A stretch of 64,000 nucleotides of DNA from Candidatus Aenigmatarchaeota archaeon (lineage in GTDB: Archaea > Aenigmatarchaeota > Aenigmatarchaeia > QMZP01 > QMZT01): positions 1-64,000 of the forward strand of contig JAPLVC010000006.1 in assembly GCA_026397315.1 (NCBI GenBank), in the 5' to 3' direction. The translations under genes and the position numbers were made by a program. The notes below the pieces were generated by a model, which worked only from the letters and a program-made list of their open reading frames with translations, was not told where the DNA came from and made no database searches. Below are positions 29,559 to 38,868 of the stretch, one piece after another (the stretch's first letter is position 1; the number at the start of each line of letters is the position of its first letter).

Positions 29559-30407
29559 ATGTTGGGAAAAATCGCCTACAAACTTTTCGGGAGGGTAGTG
29601 GAATCATACGCCGAATATTTTGATTCTCTCAGCCTGCAGCTGAAGCAGGCCAAGATGAAATACCCGGTCGAGGAATACGTTTCGCTGCTGATGCTGATAT
29701 CGCTCATAACCTTCGCCGCCGTGTTAATGGCGGGTTCTTTCTACATCACCATAACAACGGCGCGTGCCTTCTATTCATACACGTTCTCCATCATAATCTC
29801 CTGCGTCGCGGCCGTCGGCGTGTTCTTCCTGGGCATGTATTATCCGACCATGAAGGCGAAGGGCATACAGAGCGAAATAAACAAGTCCATCCCTTTCGCT
29901 ACGATTTACATGGCGACAGTCGCATCGTCCGACACGAATGCGGCGCAGCTGTTCAAGATAGCTTCGCTCAGGGGCGGCCACATAGGCAAGGAGTGCGAAA
30001 AAATCTACCGCGACATCCACATGCTCGGCATGGACGTCTCGACCGCGATAACGAAGGCTGCGAACCGCACGCCTTCAGCGAAGTTTTCGGAGCTGCTCTG
30101 GGGCATGCTTTCCGTGATAAAGCGCGGAGGCGACCTGGGCGAATATCTCGCGGACAAGTCCAAGGAATACATGAACGATTACAGGCGCTCTCTGGAAGAC
30201 TATTCGAAGCAGATAAGCTTCTACACTGAGATTTACATAACGCTCATAATCGTGGGCACGCTGTTCTTCATCGTGCTCTCGTCGATAATGTCGCCGCTCG
30301 TGGGTGGCGATATACTCATGGTGCAGACATTCCTGGTGTTCTTCTTCATACCTCTCATATCCGCGGGATTCCTGGTATTGATGAAGAGCCTGTCGCCTTC
30401 AAATTGA
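29559..30407 (+). CDS. Type IV pilus platform protein (TadC/T2SS-F)
   Basis: 'GMDVSTAI..AA.RTPS..FSELLWG....K.GGD'; follows the ATPase. Confidence 0.9.
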   Translation: MLGKIAYKLFGRVVESYAEYFDSLSLQLKQAKMKYPVEEYVSLLMLISLITFAAVLMAGSFYITITTARAFYSYTFSIIISCVAAVGVFFLGMYYPTMKAKGIQSEINKSIPFATIYMATVASSDTNAAQLFKIASLRGGHIGKECEKIYRDIHMLGMDVSTAITKAANRTPSAKFSELLWGMLSVIKRGGDLGEYLADKSKEYMNDYRRSLEDYSKQISFYTEIYITLIIVGTLFFIVLSSIMSPLVGGDILMVQTFLVFFFIPLISAGFLVLMKSLSPSN

Positions 30408-30426
30408 AAATATGTGAAGTGACCAT

Positions 30427-31353
30427 ATGGACAAGGAAAGGAGAGTGCTACTGGTTTCGATGATAATAGCTGTCGTGCTGGTCAGCGTTTTCGCCATCCT
30501 TACGCAAGACGTAGGTATCATCGTTAACGTGAGCGTAATAGCGCTGTTCATCGTCATCACTCCGCTCTTCCTGATAAAATACACGGAATTCCTCTGGCTG
30601 AAGTCGATTGAGAAGGAGTTTCCTGCATTCATCCGCGACCTTGCCGGCTTAAAGCGCTCTGGTATCACGCTTTCAGAAGCCATAAAGATGACGACCAAGA
30701 ACAACTACGGCAAGCTCACGCCGGAAATCCAGAAGTTTTCCAACCGTTTGTCCTGGGGCGTGCATTTCATCAGGGCGCTGGAGATTTTCGGCAAGCGCTT
30801 CCGGGCCTCGAAGCTCGTAACGGAGATACTGAGCATAGTGAGGGAAGCGTACGTCTCAGGCGCTAATATCTCGGTCACTCTCGATTCGCTTTCCAGGGAC
30901 ATGGTCACACTCAAGGAGATCGATGAAGAGCGCAAGGCAGTCGTTCGTCAACACGTCATGATAATGTACGGCATATTCTTCATGTTCGTCGCTATTTCCA
31001 TTTCCATAATCTACGTCCTCGTGCCCATGATGAGCCAGACGCAGCAGACGTCCGTTGCGAATTCGCCGCTGGTCATGTCATTCGCCGACCCGTGCCAGAG
31101 GATGAATATACCGTTCCCGTGCGCGTATTTCGGCGTGGTCTGCGAGTCGTTCTCAGTAAACCAAGGAGTGGGCTGCTATTATTTCTCGCTGTTCTTTACA
31201 GTGCTGGTTATCCAGGCGATATTCATGGGCCTGATATCAGGGCAGCTCGGTGAGAATTCGATCGTCGCTGGCGTTAAGCACTCGCTCATAATGCTCGCTT
31301 CCGTGTTCATGATATTCATGTTCGTGGTCAGGAGCGGCTTTCTTCCGGTTTAA
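30427..31353 (+). CDS. Type IV pilus platform protein (TadB/TadC/T2SS-F)
   Basis: 'FP.FIRDL....SG..L..AI....YG.L..E...LSWG'; 'GLISGQL.E.S..AGVKH'. Confidence 0.9.
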   Translation: MDKERRVLLVSMIIAVVLVSVFAILTQDVGIIVNVSVIALFIVITPLFLIKYTEFLWLKSIEKEFPAFIRDLAGLKRSGITLSEAIKMTTKNNYGKLTPEIQKFSNRLSWGVHFIRALEIFGKRFRASKLVTEILSIVREAYVSGANISVTLDSLSRDMVTLKEIDEERKAVVRQHVMIMYGIFFMFVAISISIIYVLVPMMSQTQQTSVANSPLVMSFADPCQRMNIPFPCAYFGVVCESFSVNQGVGCYYFSLFFTVLVIQAIFMGLISGQLGENSIVAGVKHSLIMLASVFMIFMFVVRSGFLPV

Positions 31354-31407
31354 GCGTGAAATCGCGCGCCCAGCGAAATATTATAAGAAAGCACGTCAAT
31401 AAAGAGT

Positions 31408-32265
31408 ATGAACTTCATCAGCGAATACTTTCTGAATCCAATCCTCTCGAATGGCTGGTTCAACCCCGTCAATTCACTGGTTTATGGCATCATACTCGTG
31501 GTTGCGGTATACTTTGTTTTCAAGCTTCTGAAGCGCATGCACATACACATCGACCGGCATTTCCTCTATGCGATAACGCCGTTCATCTTCTGGGCGGCCA
31601 TAACGCGCGTTCTCCACGATGCGGCGTTTTCAGGCGCGCTCAAAGGCGATATAGGCGCTTTTTTTTCACTGCCTATATTCCCGACGCCCGGCTCGTATTT
31701 CATTACGTTTACGCTCGCGCTAGGCGTTCTCGTCGTCTCGCTGGCAGTTCAGAAATACGCAAAGGCCAGATTTCCATATTGGAAAGTCATGGCTGGCATA
31801 GGCGTGGCGCTGTCAATAATAGAGCTTGCATTCATGCCGAAATTCGACCTCATTCCGGTCGCCATGATTCTGGGCATCACTGGCCTATGGACTCTGCTGT
31901 TTTTCCTGCTCCACAAGTTTTCCGTTTCCTTAAAAAAAGATTCCGTGCTGAAGACGCTTAAGCAGATATTCACGCTCGATAACTCAGCCATACTTTCGGC
32001 GCACATGCTCGATGCCAGCGCGACTTTCGTGGCGCTAGCGTTTTTCGGTTACGCTGAGCAGCACCCGCTGCCACGCACGCTTATCGAGTTCTCCAACCCG
32101 GCCGCCATGTTCCTGCTCAAGCTCGTCGTGCTGATACCTGTTTTATACATAATCGACCGTTACGCTGAGAAAGGAGAATTCAAGAACTTCATGAAAATAG
32201 TGATATTCATCCTCGGACTCGCGCCCGGCCTGCGCGACATGATAAGGCTGATGGCCGGCGTCTAG
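31408..32265 (+). CDS. DUF63 family membrane protein
   Basis: 'FNPVNSLVY', 'AHMLDASATF', 'YAEQH', 'LGLAPGLRD'. Confidence 0.85.
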   Translation: MNFISEYFLNPILSNGWFNPVNSLVYGIILVVAVYFVFKLLKRMHIHIDRHFLYAITPFIFWAAITRVLHDAAFSGALKGDIGAFFSLPIFPTPGSYFITFTLALGVLVVSLAVQKYAKARFPYWKVMAGIGVALSIIELAFMPKFDLIPVAMILGITGLWTLLFFLLHKFSVSLKKDSVLKTLKQIFTLDNSAILSAHMLDASATFVALAFFGYAEQHPLPRTLIEFSNPAAMFLLKLVVLIPVLYIIDRYAEKGEFKNFMKIVIFILGLAPGLRDMIRLMAGV

Positions 32266-32273
32266 AACAAGGA

Positions 32274-35200
32274 TTAGCTTGCCGGCGTTGCCTGTACTTG
32301 GCTTCTTATGCTGGGAATATTTGTGAGCCAATTTGAGCATGGCCCGTTTTCCCAGCAATAACAATGTGTTTCGTAGCCAGAGGCAGGCGCGCAACCGATC
32401 CTGTCTACTGTATTTTGGCCGTTATTTACGTATTCGCTTCTTATCAATTTGCAGAACGCGTCTATACTTTCTTCTGGTTTGCTGTATTTAACGAATTGTC
32501 CTGAAGATTTAATGCCAAAAAGATTATACCCTTCCTCCTTGGTTCCGGTGCCGGTTTTACCTATCTGGGTCTCTGCCTGCGCGACTGCTACTGCGAATGC
32601 CGGGTCTATGTTGCTGCTTACGCATGCGCTGTAAAAAGTTGAAGCCAAATTGGCATTGAAACCATTGGTGCTCAGATAATTATTTATGTTCCCTGCCGTT
32701 AGCGTATAACCGGATTCCTGGAGTTTGTCCAACTCTACGGTCTCGCTGACTGACATTTCCGTGACACCTTTCCTAGGCATACAGACGTCCTTGAAGTTTA
32801 TCAGCGTGTCCATGCTTTCCCACTTGGCAAATTTGTAAATCGCATCTGCCGTGACAGTATAAGTCTTTTTCGGGACTGTTATTGACGGCGCTCTGGTGTA
32901 GCTGCAGAAAGCGGACATCGAATCGCTTTTTTCCAAGTTGAAAGTGCAGTTGTTATCATCTTTTGTTGTCGCGCATGACGGTTTTCCAGTACATGTTATA
33001 TCATTTGACGTCATGCCGAATTCTGATGGCAGGTTGAGATTTACCTTCCCTCCGATTATGGCGGTTTTCTGCGGCCACGTCGTAGTCAGGTTGAATCCCA
33101 CGAAAAACGGCGACCCTGCCTTTATAGGCTGGTCCATGCTTCCGAGATTGAGGTTCGCAGGCGAGCTGGAAATTATTGAAAGTTTCGGACCCCTTACCAG
33201 TTTATCTTCAGCGGAAAGGCGGTTCCATTCCTCGTTTGATATGATGTCTATCTGAAGATTGGACGTAGATTCGTAATCGTAACTTATGTTCACAATGAAT
33301 GGTATGTACATCGATCTTTTTTCGGTTTCTTCGCTCATACCTAAGCTACTCCACGCTTTTGTCTGAAAGTCCGCACAACTCATTTTACCCACCAAAAATA
33401 TCGGTAATGCGTCCTGCCTTTCGATGTCGTTCAGCTTTGTACCGTTTATTGTCACCATGTATTTGTACCACAACTTTTCGTATTTATCCTTATATGCGTA
33501 TTTCATTTTGCTTGATTCGCTTTCCAAACTGTCTGCATCCTTGCCTATTCTGAAGAATGGAATGTATGTCATCAGTTCAACATTTATGTTTCTAGCCTTG
33601 AATACACCCTTATTTTCAAGCTCTATCTCTATCATGAAAGGCTCATCGAGATATATCGACTGCACGTCGAACTTTCTTATTTCGAGACCATACGCCCCCG
33701 TAACGCCTAGTTCGTTTTGGGCATAGGTTCCCTGCGTTATTTGCTGGGCATACCCCACCGGGTTGGCGAACAGCAGCCATCCCTGGCCGAATGTGTTCTG
33801 GAACTGTCCGAACATGTCCCCGATCGGCGAAAGCGCTTCAGTCAAAGTGTTATGCACGGTTGGCCACCACTGGCCGAAGAAAGCGGAGCCCACATACTGG
33901 TCTCCCATTCCGAGGCCGAAGACGACAAACCCTATCACGAGAAGCACTACGCCCATCCACGGCCTTGTTTCAGCTGGTGTGGTGAGTCCGGCAATGACAC
34001 CAATTATCCAAACAGCTAGAAACACTGTCCCACCCGTTCCTGTGAACAATCCTGTTGCGGTAAAGACGCCATAGCCTATGGCAAACCATAACATTAATCC
34101 CATGAAAATTATCTTGTCAATCATCTCGTAGCTCATTCCCGAGCCTTTGCCGGCCAGCCCAAGCGCTCTAGCGATGTTATTTTTCTCAGTCGCGACCGGC
34201 AAGACTACAAAGAACGCAAGCGTGATATAGCCAAGTTCTGGTGAGTGGAATATACCTCCAGTTTTACTCAGGCCGAATATCGTTATGGCTATCCATAAGC
34301 CGAACAGCGCCCTGAAGATTGAAAGTATGAAATCGTAAGGTTTCGAAGGCTCGAACTCTATCGGCATGCTGAAATAAAAGAAAAACACCAGCAACAGCAG
34401 TATAAGGTTTGACATGGGGAAAGGGTAGTTATAGAGTCCGAGCACGAAGCAAACTATAAAACCTATTCTGCAGACGGCTTTAATGAAAGATATGCCGACG
34501 TTCGTCCTGTTCTCCCTGGTTGCTAAAAAGCTTCCAAAAACATAATTTTGATGATCTTCGACCATCTTGTTCTCGCTCGGATTCGGAAATATGATATACA
34601 GCGACAAAAACACGAAGCCCCACATGAACAGCTGGTTGCCAATCATAACAGATGCAGCGATGCCGACAGTCAGCAGGAACAGCGAGAATACGACAGTCTT
34701 TATGTGATGGCCAGTTTTGCTGGCAATGCGGCCAAACGACGCTTCATACGCCTTTCCAAGTTTGGTTTTAGACATTTCTTCGGATTTTTTAACAGCATCC
34801 TTTTCAGCTTTTTCCTCCACTTCTCCTGTTGCTTTGGTCCTGCTTTCTTCATGACGCGCTCTGTCTTCAGCTGAAAAATAACCCATCTCGCTTTTGGAAA
34901 AACCATACTTTTTTAACAGAGCATCCGTTACTTTGTCTGATTTGAAGTTTTCTGTGTCGACGTTTGCCCCGCCAGTGTTTGCTATAACAGATTCAAGCCT
35001 CTCAAACTCATGTTTTGCATTATTAAATTCTTCGCTGAATTTACTCTTTTTGCCAATAGGAATCTTGAATTTTTTCTTTGTGCTATCATATTCGACGTTG
35101 TATTTAACTTCTATCTGTTTCAGAACATCTTTTTTCATTTCTTCCAGATTGTGTAGTTTTACTGGTTTTCTTTGTTCAAGCCACTGCATATAATCTGGTT

Positions 35201-35762
35201 CGGGCAAATCTTGTCTGTACCCGCAGCCTTCTGGTGTAGGGCACATGAGTCTGTATATTGCACCTCTGTCTGGGGTCTGGAACTTTTCTATTCTCATGGT
35301 ACTGTTCTTGCATTTTGGGCACCGTAGTTCGCGTTCTATAGTCTGTGAAGTTCCTCCTGGTCCGGTAATAGCATCGGGTCTTTTTATGGTTACTGGCATG
35401 AGATTTTGATCTACAAATGCAAACCTAGTGTTGCATTTTGGGCATCTGAAGTTGTTCACTTTATCAATTGGAAAAAGTTCAATTTTACATGACGGGCAGA
35501 GGAATGTCACATTTTTAAAAACAAATTCAATTTTCCTACTTGTTGCACCGACGTTGAATTTTTGAACGATTTCATAACCCTGATATTCAGCCCTTACCCT
35601 GTAATTATTGCCTGATGGAATGTTGGCATTGAAAGTTGTGGAAGGCGCTCCGGTAATGCCTGTCGATGGCCCACCTGGAATCGGAAAGTCTTCTATCAAG
35701 GCTCTTACTTTTGTTTTTTCATTCGGAACTTTCACGTAGGCTACGAATGTTACAAACGGCAT
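32274..35762 (-). CDS. Polytopic membrane protein: N-terminal Zn ribbons, ~10 TM, Ig-like domains, C-terminal GH73/glucosaminidase-like domain
   Basis: CPSC/CPKC/CPKC/CPTPEGC; long hydrophobic block; 'IDPAFAVAVAQAETQIG...YNLFGIK....KYSKPEESI'. Confidence 0.75.
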   Translation of the reverse strand: MPFVTFVAYVKVPNEKTKVRALIEDFPIPGGPSTGITGAPSTTFNANIPSGNNYRVRAEYQGYEIVQKFNVGATSRKIEFVFKNVTFLCPSCKIELFPIDKVNNFRCPKCNTRFAFVDQNLMPVTIKRPDAITGPGGTSQTIERELRCPKCKNSTMRIEKFQTPDRGAIYRLMCPTPEGCGYRQDLPEPDYMQWLEQRKPVKLHNLEEMKKDVLKQIEVKYNVEYDSTKKKFKIPIGKKSKFSEEFNNAKHEFERLESVIANTGGANVDTENFKSDKVTDALLKKYGFSKSEMGYFSAEDRARHEESRTKATGEVEEKAEKDAVKKSEEMSKTKLGKAYEASFGRIASKTGHHIKTVVFSLFLLTVGIAASVMIGNQLFMWGFVFLSLYIIFPNPSENKMVEDHQNYVFGSFLATRENRTNVGISFIKAVCRIGFIVCFVLGLYNYPFPMSNLILLLLVFFFYFSMPIEFEPSKPYDFILSIFRALFGLWIAITIFGLSKTGGIFHSPELGYITLAFFVVLPVATEKNNIARALGLAGKGSGMSYEMIDKIIFMGLMLWFAIGYGVFTATGLFTGTGGTVFLAVWIIGVIAGLTTPAETRPWMGVVLLVIGFVVFGLGMGDQYVGSAFFGQWWPTVHNTLTEALSPIGDMFGQFQNTFGQGWLLFANPVGYAQQITQGTYAQNELGVTGAYGLEIRKFDVQSIYLDEPFMIEIELENKGVFKARNINVELMTYIPFFRIGKDADSLESESSKMKYAYKDKYEKLWYKYMVTINGTKLNDIERQDALPIFLVGKMSCADFQTKAWSSLGMSEETEKRSMYIPFIVNISYDYESTSNLQIDIISNEEWNRLSAEDKLVRGPKLSIISSSPANLNLGSMDQPIKAGSPFFVGFNLTTTWPQKTAIIGGKVNLNLPSEFGMTSNDITCTGKPSCATTKDDNNCTFNLEKSDSMSAFCSYTRAPSITVPKKTYTVTADAIYKFAKWESMDTLINFKDVCMPRKGVTEMSVSETVELDKLQESGYTLTAGNINNYLSTNGFNANLASTFYSACVSSNIDPAFAVAVAQAETQIGKTGTGTKEEGYNLFGIKSSGQFVKYSKPEESIDAFCKLIRSEYVNNGQNTVDRIGCAPASGYETHCYCWENGPCSNWLTNIPSIRSQVQATPAS

Positions 35763-35833
35763 AGTAATTAATTATTGGAGCAGAAGGTTAAAAAATAATA
35801 GAAAAAGCGGGATTGGTCGGATTTACCAATTCT

Positions 35834-36265
35834 TTATTTGCCGAACCAGAGCTTGAGTTCGACTTTCGCTTCCTCTGGTGTGCCGGAGGCATGGATGACG
35901 TTGTAGATAGAGCGATGCTCTGCATCGGCTTTCTCGCGCGAATCGTTGCCCAGATCGCCTCGTATCGTGCCCTTGTCGGCTTTGCTGGGGTCGGTGGTGC
36001 CGACGATTTTTCGCACGAGTGCGACCGCGTCCTTACCTTCGAGAACCATCGCTACCACCTGTCGATTGGCCAGGTATTTGATGAGCAAGTCAAAGAACGG
36101 TTTGCCCTTGTGCATGGCGTAGTGGATTTCGACGAACTCCTTTTTCGGTGCGACCATCTTCATGTCGCGTACCTTCAGTCCACCATTTTCAAAGCGTTTT
36201 ATTATCTCGCCTATGAGGTTTCTGTCGACTCCGTCCGGCTTTATCAGGACCAAAGTTCTTTCCAT
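35834..36265 (-). CDS. ndk: Nucleoside diphosphate kinase
   Basis: MERTLVLIKPDG, GTIRGD, NVIHAS. Confidence 0.95.
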   Translation of the reverse strand: MERTLVLIKPDGVDRNLIGEIIKRFENGGLKVRDMKMVAPKKEFVEIHYAMHKGKPFFDLLIKYLANRQVVAMVLEGKDAVALVRKIVGTTDPSKADKGTIRGDLGNDSREKADAEHRSIYNVIHASGTPEEAKVELKLWFGK

Positions 36266-36269
36266 AAAA

Positions 36270-36920
36270 TCATTCCTCCGTAAGCTTGTTTTTCTTGATA
36301 TAATCATTAACGGATTTCCACACCCCGCGCTTCACGTCTTCGATGCTGCCGCTCACGTTTATCTCCAGCAGCATGCCTTTCTTCTTGTAATAATCCACAA
36401 GCGGCCTGGTGAGCTTTTCATAGACATCAAGGCGTTTTCTTACGACGTCTGCTTTTTGATCCTCGCGCACATAAAGCTGGCCGTTGCACTTGTCGCACGT
36501 GCCGCTCTTCTTCGGCTTTGCGAACTTGTGGTGGTATATCTCTCCGCAATACCCGCACGTCAGCCGGCCGGTCACCCTTTCCATTACCTCTTTATTGGGC
36601 GCGACGAAGTTGATGACCATGTCGATAGCGAATGTCTTTTCTAGACTTTTTGCCTGGGCCAGCGTCCTGGGGAAGCCGTCTAGAATGAAGTCCTTTCTGC
36701 CATCGAGAGCGTTTTCCATTATTTCCAGAACAACGCTGTCAGGGACAAGATCTCCGCGGTCCATGTAAACCTTCGCCTTCTTTCCTACGGCCGTGCCTTT
36801 TTTCGTTTCACTGCGCAGCATGTCGCCTGTGCATATTTTCGGTATTTTCAGCTTTACCGATAGCATGTCGCCATGCGTCCCCTTTCCTATGCCAGGTGCA
36901 CCAAGAAGAATTATTTTCAT
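36270..36920 (-). CDS. adk: Adenylate kinase (bacterial-type, Zn lid)
   Basis: LLGAPGIGKGT, TGDMLR, LDGFPRT, CGYC..CDKC. Confidence 0.9.
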   Translation of the reverse strand: MKIILLGAPGIGKGTHGDMLSVKLKIPKICTGDMLRSETKKGTAVGKKAKVYMDRGDLVPDSVVLEIMENALDGRKDFILDGFPRTLAQAKSLEKTFAIDMVINFVAPNKEVMERVTGRLTCGYCGEIYHHKFAKPKKSGTCDKCNGQLYVREDQKADVVRKRLDVYEKLTRPLVDYYKKKGMLLEINVSGSIEDVKRGVWKSVNDYIKKNKLTEE

Positions 36921-36962
36921 AGAATTACCTTTCTTTTAATGAGAATGTAAACTTTCGCACCA

Positions 36963-38681
36963 TCATGCTCTAGTTTCTATCTCTTTCCTTATATTGGTGA
37001 TGAAATCCTCCAGCTTAATGCCAAATTTGACTTTCTTCTCACCGCGGGTTCTCAGTGCAATGGTCTTGGCCTGCTCTTCTTTGTCGCCAATCACTATTAT
37101 GTAGGGGATTCTCTGGATCTCCGCTTCCCTTACCTTGTATTCGAGGGTGTTTGATTTCAAATCGCATTCCACCCTTATCTTCGCCTCTTCAAGGCTTTTC
37201 GCAATTTCACTGGCTGCCTTGTTGTTTCTGTCTGTGAAGGACAAGACGCGCACCTGGACCGGCGAGAGCCAGACGGGAAGGTTGCCGTCAAGATGCTCGA
37301 GAAGTATGCCTATGAACCTCTCAATCGCGCCGTAAATGACCCTGTGCAGCATGACCGGTCTGTGGTCTTCGTTGTCTTCCCCCTTGTACGTGAGGTCGAA
37401 CCTTTCTGGCATGGCGAAATCAAGCTGTATGGTCGCGCACTGCCAGGTCCTGCCTTGACTGTCCTTGATGTGGTAATCTATTTTCGGGCCGTAGAATGCG
37501 CCATCGCCCTTGTTGATTTTGTATGCCATTTTTTTGTGCTTGAGGGTTTCCTCGAGTTTCGCTTCTGCCTTGTCCCATATCCTGTCGTCACCTATCCTCT
37601 TCTCTGGACGGGTTGAAAGTTCGACATGATAAGTGAGTCCGAACTTCTTGTAAAACATGTCGACTAGGTCCATTATGCGTCCTATCTCACCCTCAAGCTG
37701 ATCTTCGGTGCAGAAGATGTGCGCGTCGTCTTGAGTGAAGCAAATTACCCTGAAAAGCCCCGTGAGCACGCCGGACAGTTCCTGGCGGTGGACGATGCCA
37801 AGCTCGCCGACGCGAAGGGGGAGATCTTTGTAGGACTTGGGCCTGTTCTTGTAAACCATCATCCCTCCAGGGCAGTTCATGGGCTTGACGGCAAAGCTCC
37901 TGCCCTCGTAGTCGGTTATGAAATTGTTCTGGTATTTCTCCCAATGGCCTGAAATCTGCCACAGCTTCTTGTCCATGATTTGCGGAGTCGAAATCTCCTG
38001 GTATCCCGCCCTCCTGTGCTGCTCCCTCCAGAAGCTGATTAGTTCGTTATATATGGTGAGACCCTTATCATGCCAGAACACCATGCCCGGCGCAACCTCG
38101 CTGAAGCTGAAGAGGTCCATCCTCTGACCGAGTATGCGGTGGTCGTTGTCTTTCAGATTATCCTTGTCCAGCCTCGTTTTCGAAATGTCCCTTAGAAGCT
38201 GCTTGTAGTCGAAGCCCCCTTCTTTTGTTTCCTTGGTTTTTGCTTTGGCCCTCTCGACCCCCTCGGGCAGGATGTCCCTGCTGAGCTCCGAAAGAGGATG
38301 TCCCTTGCACTTTATGTCGAAGGCCTTGTACCAGCCGAAGGGGGCGCGCTTCACCGGGACTTTCGCTTCGATTAGCGCTTTTTCCACGCCTTTGAGTACG
38401 TAGAGAGCGGAATCGGGGGAAGACAGATCACTGGATAGGTGGGCGTACGGATAAACGACTACGTTTTTGGCGTTTACCTGGTTTCTGACGGATATGATCT
38501 CCTTGGCGGTTTTTTTGACCACATCATCGAGGTTTGCCTGGTCCGACTTCTCGACCGCGCTGAACACTACAAGCGCGTCTTCGACCCTTACGGGTTTCTT
38601 CTCGATTTCCTCTGCGCTTGGAATAGCCTTCTTCTTAGGCTCCCACTCTATGAAATCCGAATGCAGCAATAATATCTTCAT
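36963..38681 (-). CDS. thrS: Threonyl-tRNA synthetase
   Basis: Archaeal editing domain (YPYAHLS, APFGWYK, CKGHPLSELS) plus KPMNCPG, FTQDDAH, AFYGPKID, HRVIYGAIERF; SD AGGTGAT upstream. Confidence 0.97.
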   Translation of the reverse strand: MKILLLHSDFIEWEPKKKAIPSAEEIEKKPVRVEDALVVFSAVEKSDQANLDDVVKKTAKEIISVRNQVNAKNVVVYPYAHLSSDLSSPDSALYVLKGVEKALIEAKVPVKRAPFGWYKAFDIKCKGHPLSELSRDILPEGVERAKAKTKETKEGGFDYKQLLRDISKTRLDKDNLKDNDHRILGQRMDLFSFSEVAPGMVFWHDKGLTIYNELISFWREQHRRAGYQEISTPQIMDKKLWQISGHWEKYQNNFITDYEGRSFAVKPMNCPGGMMVYKNRPKSYKDLPLRVGELGIVHRQELSGVLTGLFRVICFTQDDAHIFCTEDQLEGEIGRIMDLVDMFYKKFGLTYHVELSTRPEKRIGDDRIWDKAEAKLEETLKHKKMAYKINKGDGAFYGPKIDYHIKDSQGRTWQCATIQLDFAMPERFDLTYKGEDNEDHRPVMLHRVIYGAIERFIGILLEHLDGNLPVWLSPVQVRVLSFTDRNNKAASEIAKSLEEAKIRVECDLKSNTLEYKVREAEIQRIPYIIVIGDKEEQAKTIALRTRGEKKVKFGIKLEDFITNIRKEIETRA

Positions 38682-38720
38682 CCGCCATCACCTTTACCTT
38701 TATTTTTTACCATCATGGTT

Positions 38721-38825
38721 AATTAAACTCCCGGCTGGCCGGAGACGAATCAAAATCAGCCCGGCCGCAGACCAAGGACTAACACGTCGTTGTCGTTGTG
38801 ATGGTTGTAGTCGTGGTCTTGCCGG
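38721..38825 (-). promoter_or_regulatory. Candidate attenuator RNA: alternative hairpins 1:2, 2:3 (antiterminator) and 3:4 (terminator-like, then UUUAAUU)
   Basis: Segment 1 (38808-38825) pairs with segment 2 (38761-38781); GGCCGG (38761-38766) pairs with CCGGCC (38737-38742); CUCCGG-CCAG-CCGGGAG hairpin at 38728-38744. Confidence 0.7.
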
Positions 38826-38832
38826 AATACAT
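38779..38832 (-). CDS. Thr-rich leader peptide of thrS (MYSGKTTTTTITTTTTC)
   Basis: ATG TAT TCC GGC AAG ACC ACG ACT ACA ACC ATC ACA ACG ACA ACG ACG TGT TAG; 10 of 17 codons are Thr; ends 97 nt before the thrS ATG. Confidence 0.85.
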   Translation of the reverse strand: MYSGKTTTTTITTTTTC

Positions 38833-38852
38833 GAGATGTATTTGTGGCGGAA

Positions 38853-38868
38853 AGTTTAAAAGTTTTTC
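38853..38868 (-). promoter_or_regulatory. BRE/TATA-like promoter for the leader-thrS transcript
   Basis: Minus strand GAAAAAC-TTTTAAAC, about 29 nt upstream of the leader ATG, consistent with a leaderless transcript. Confidence 0.55.

Noticed and set aside
38785-38817. Reading the (ACN)n tract as a microsatellite
   Set aside because: Third positions vary while Thr is kept, the tract is framed by ATG and TAG, and it lies upstream of thrS
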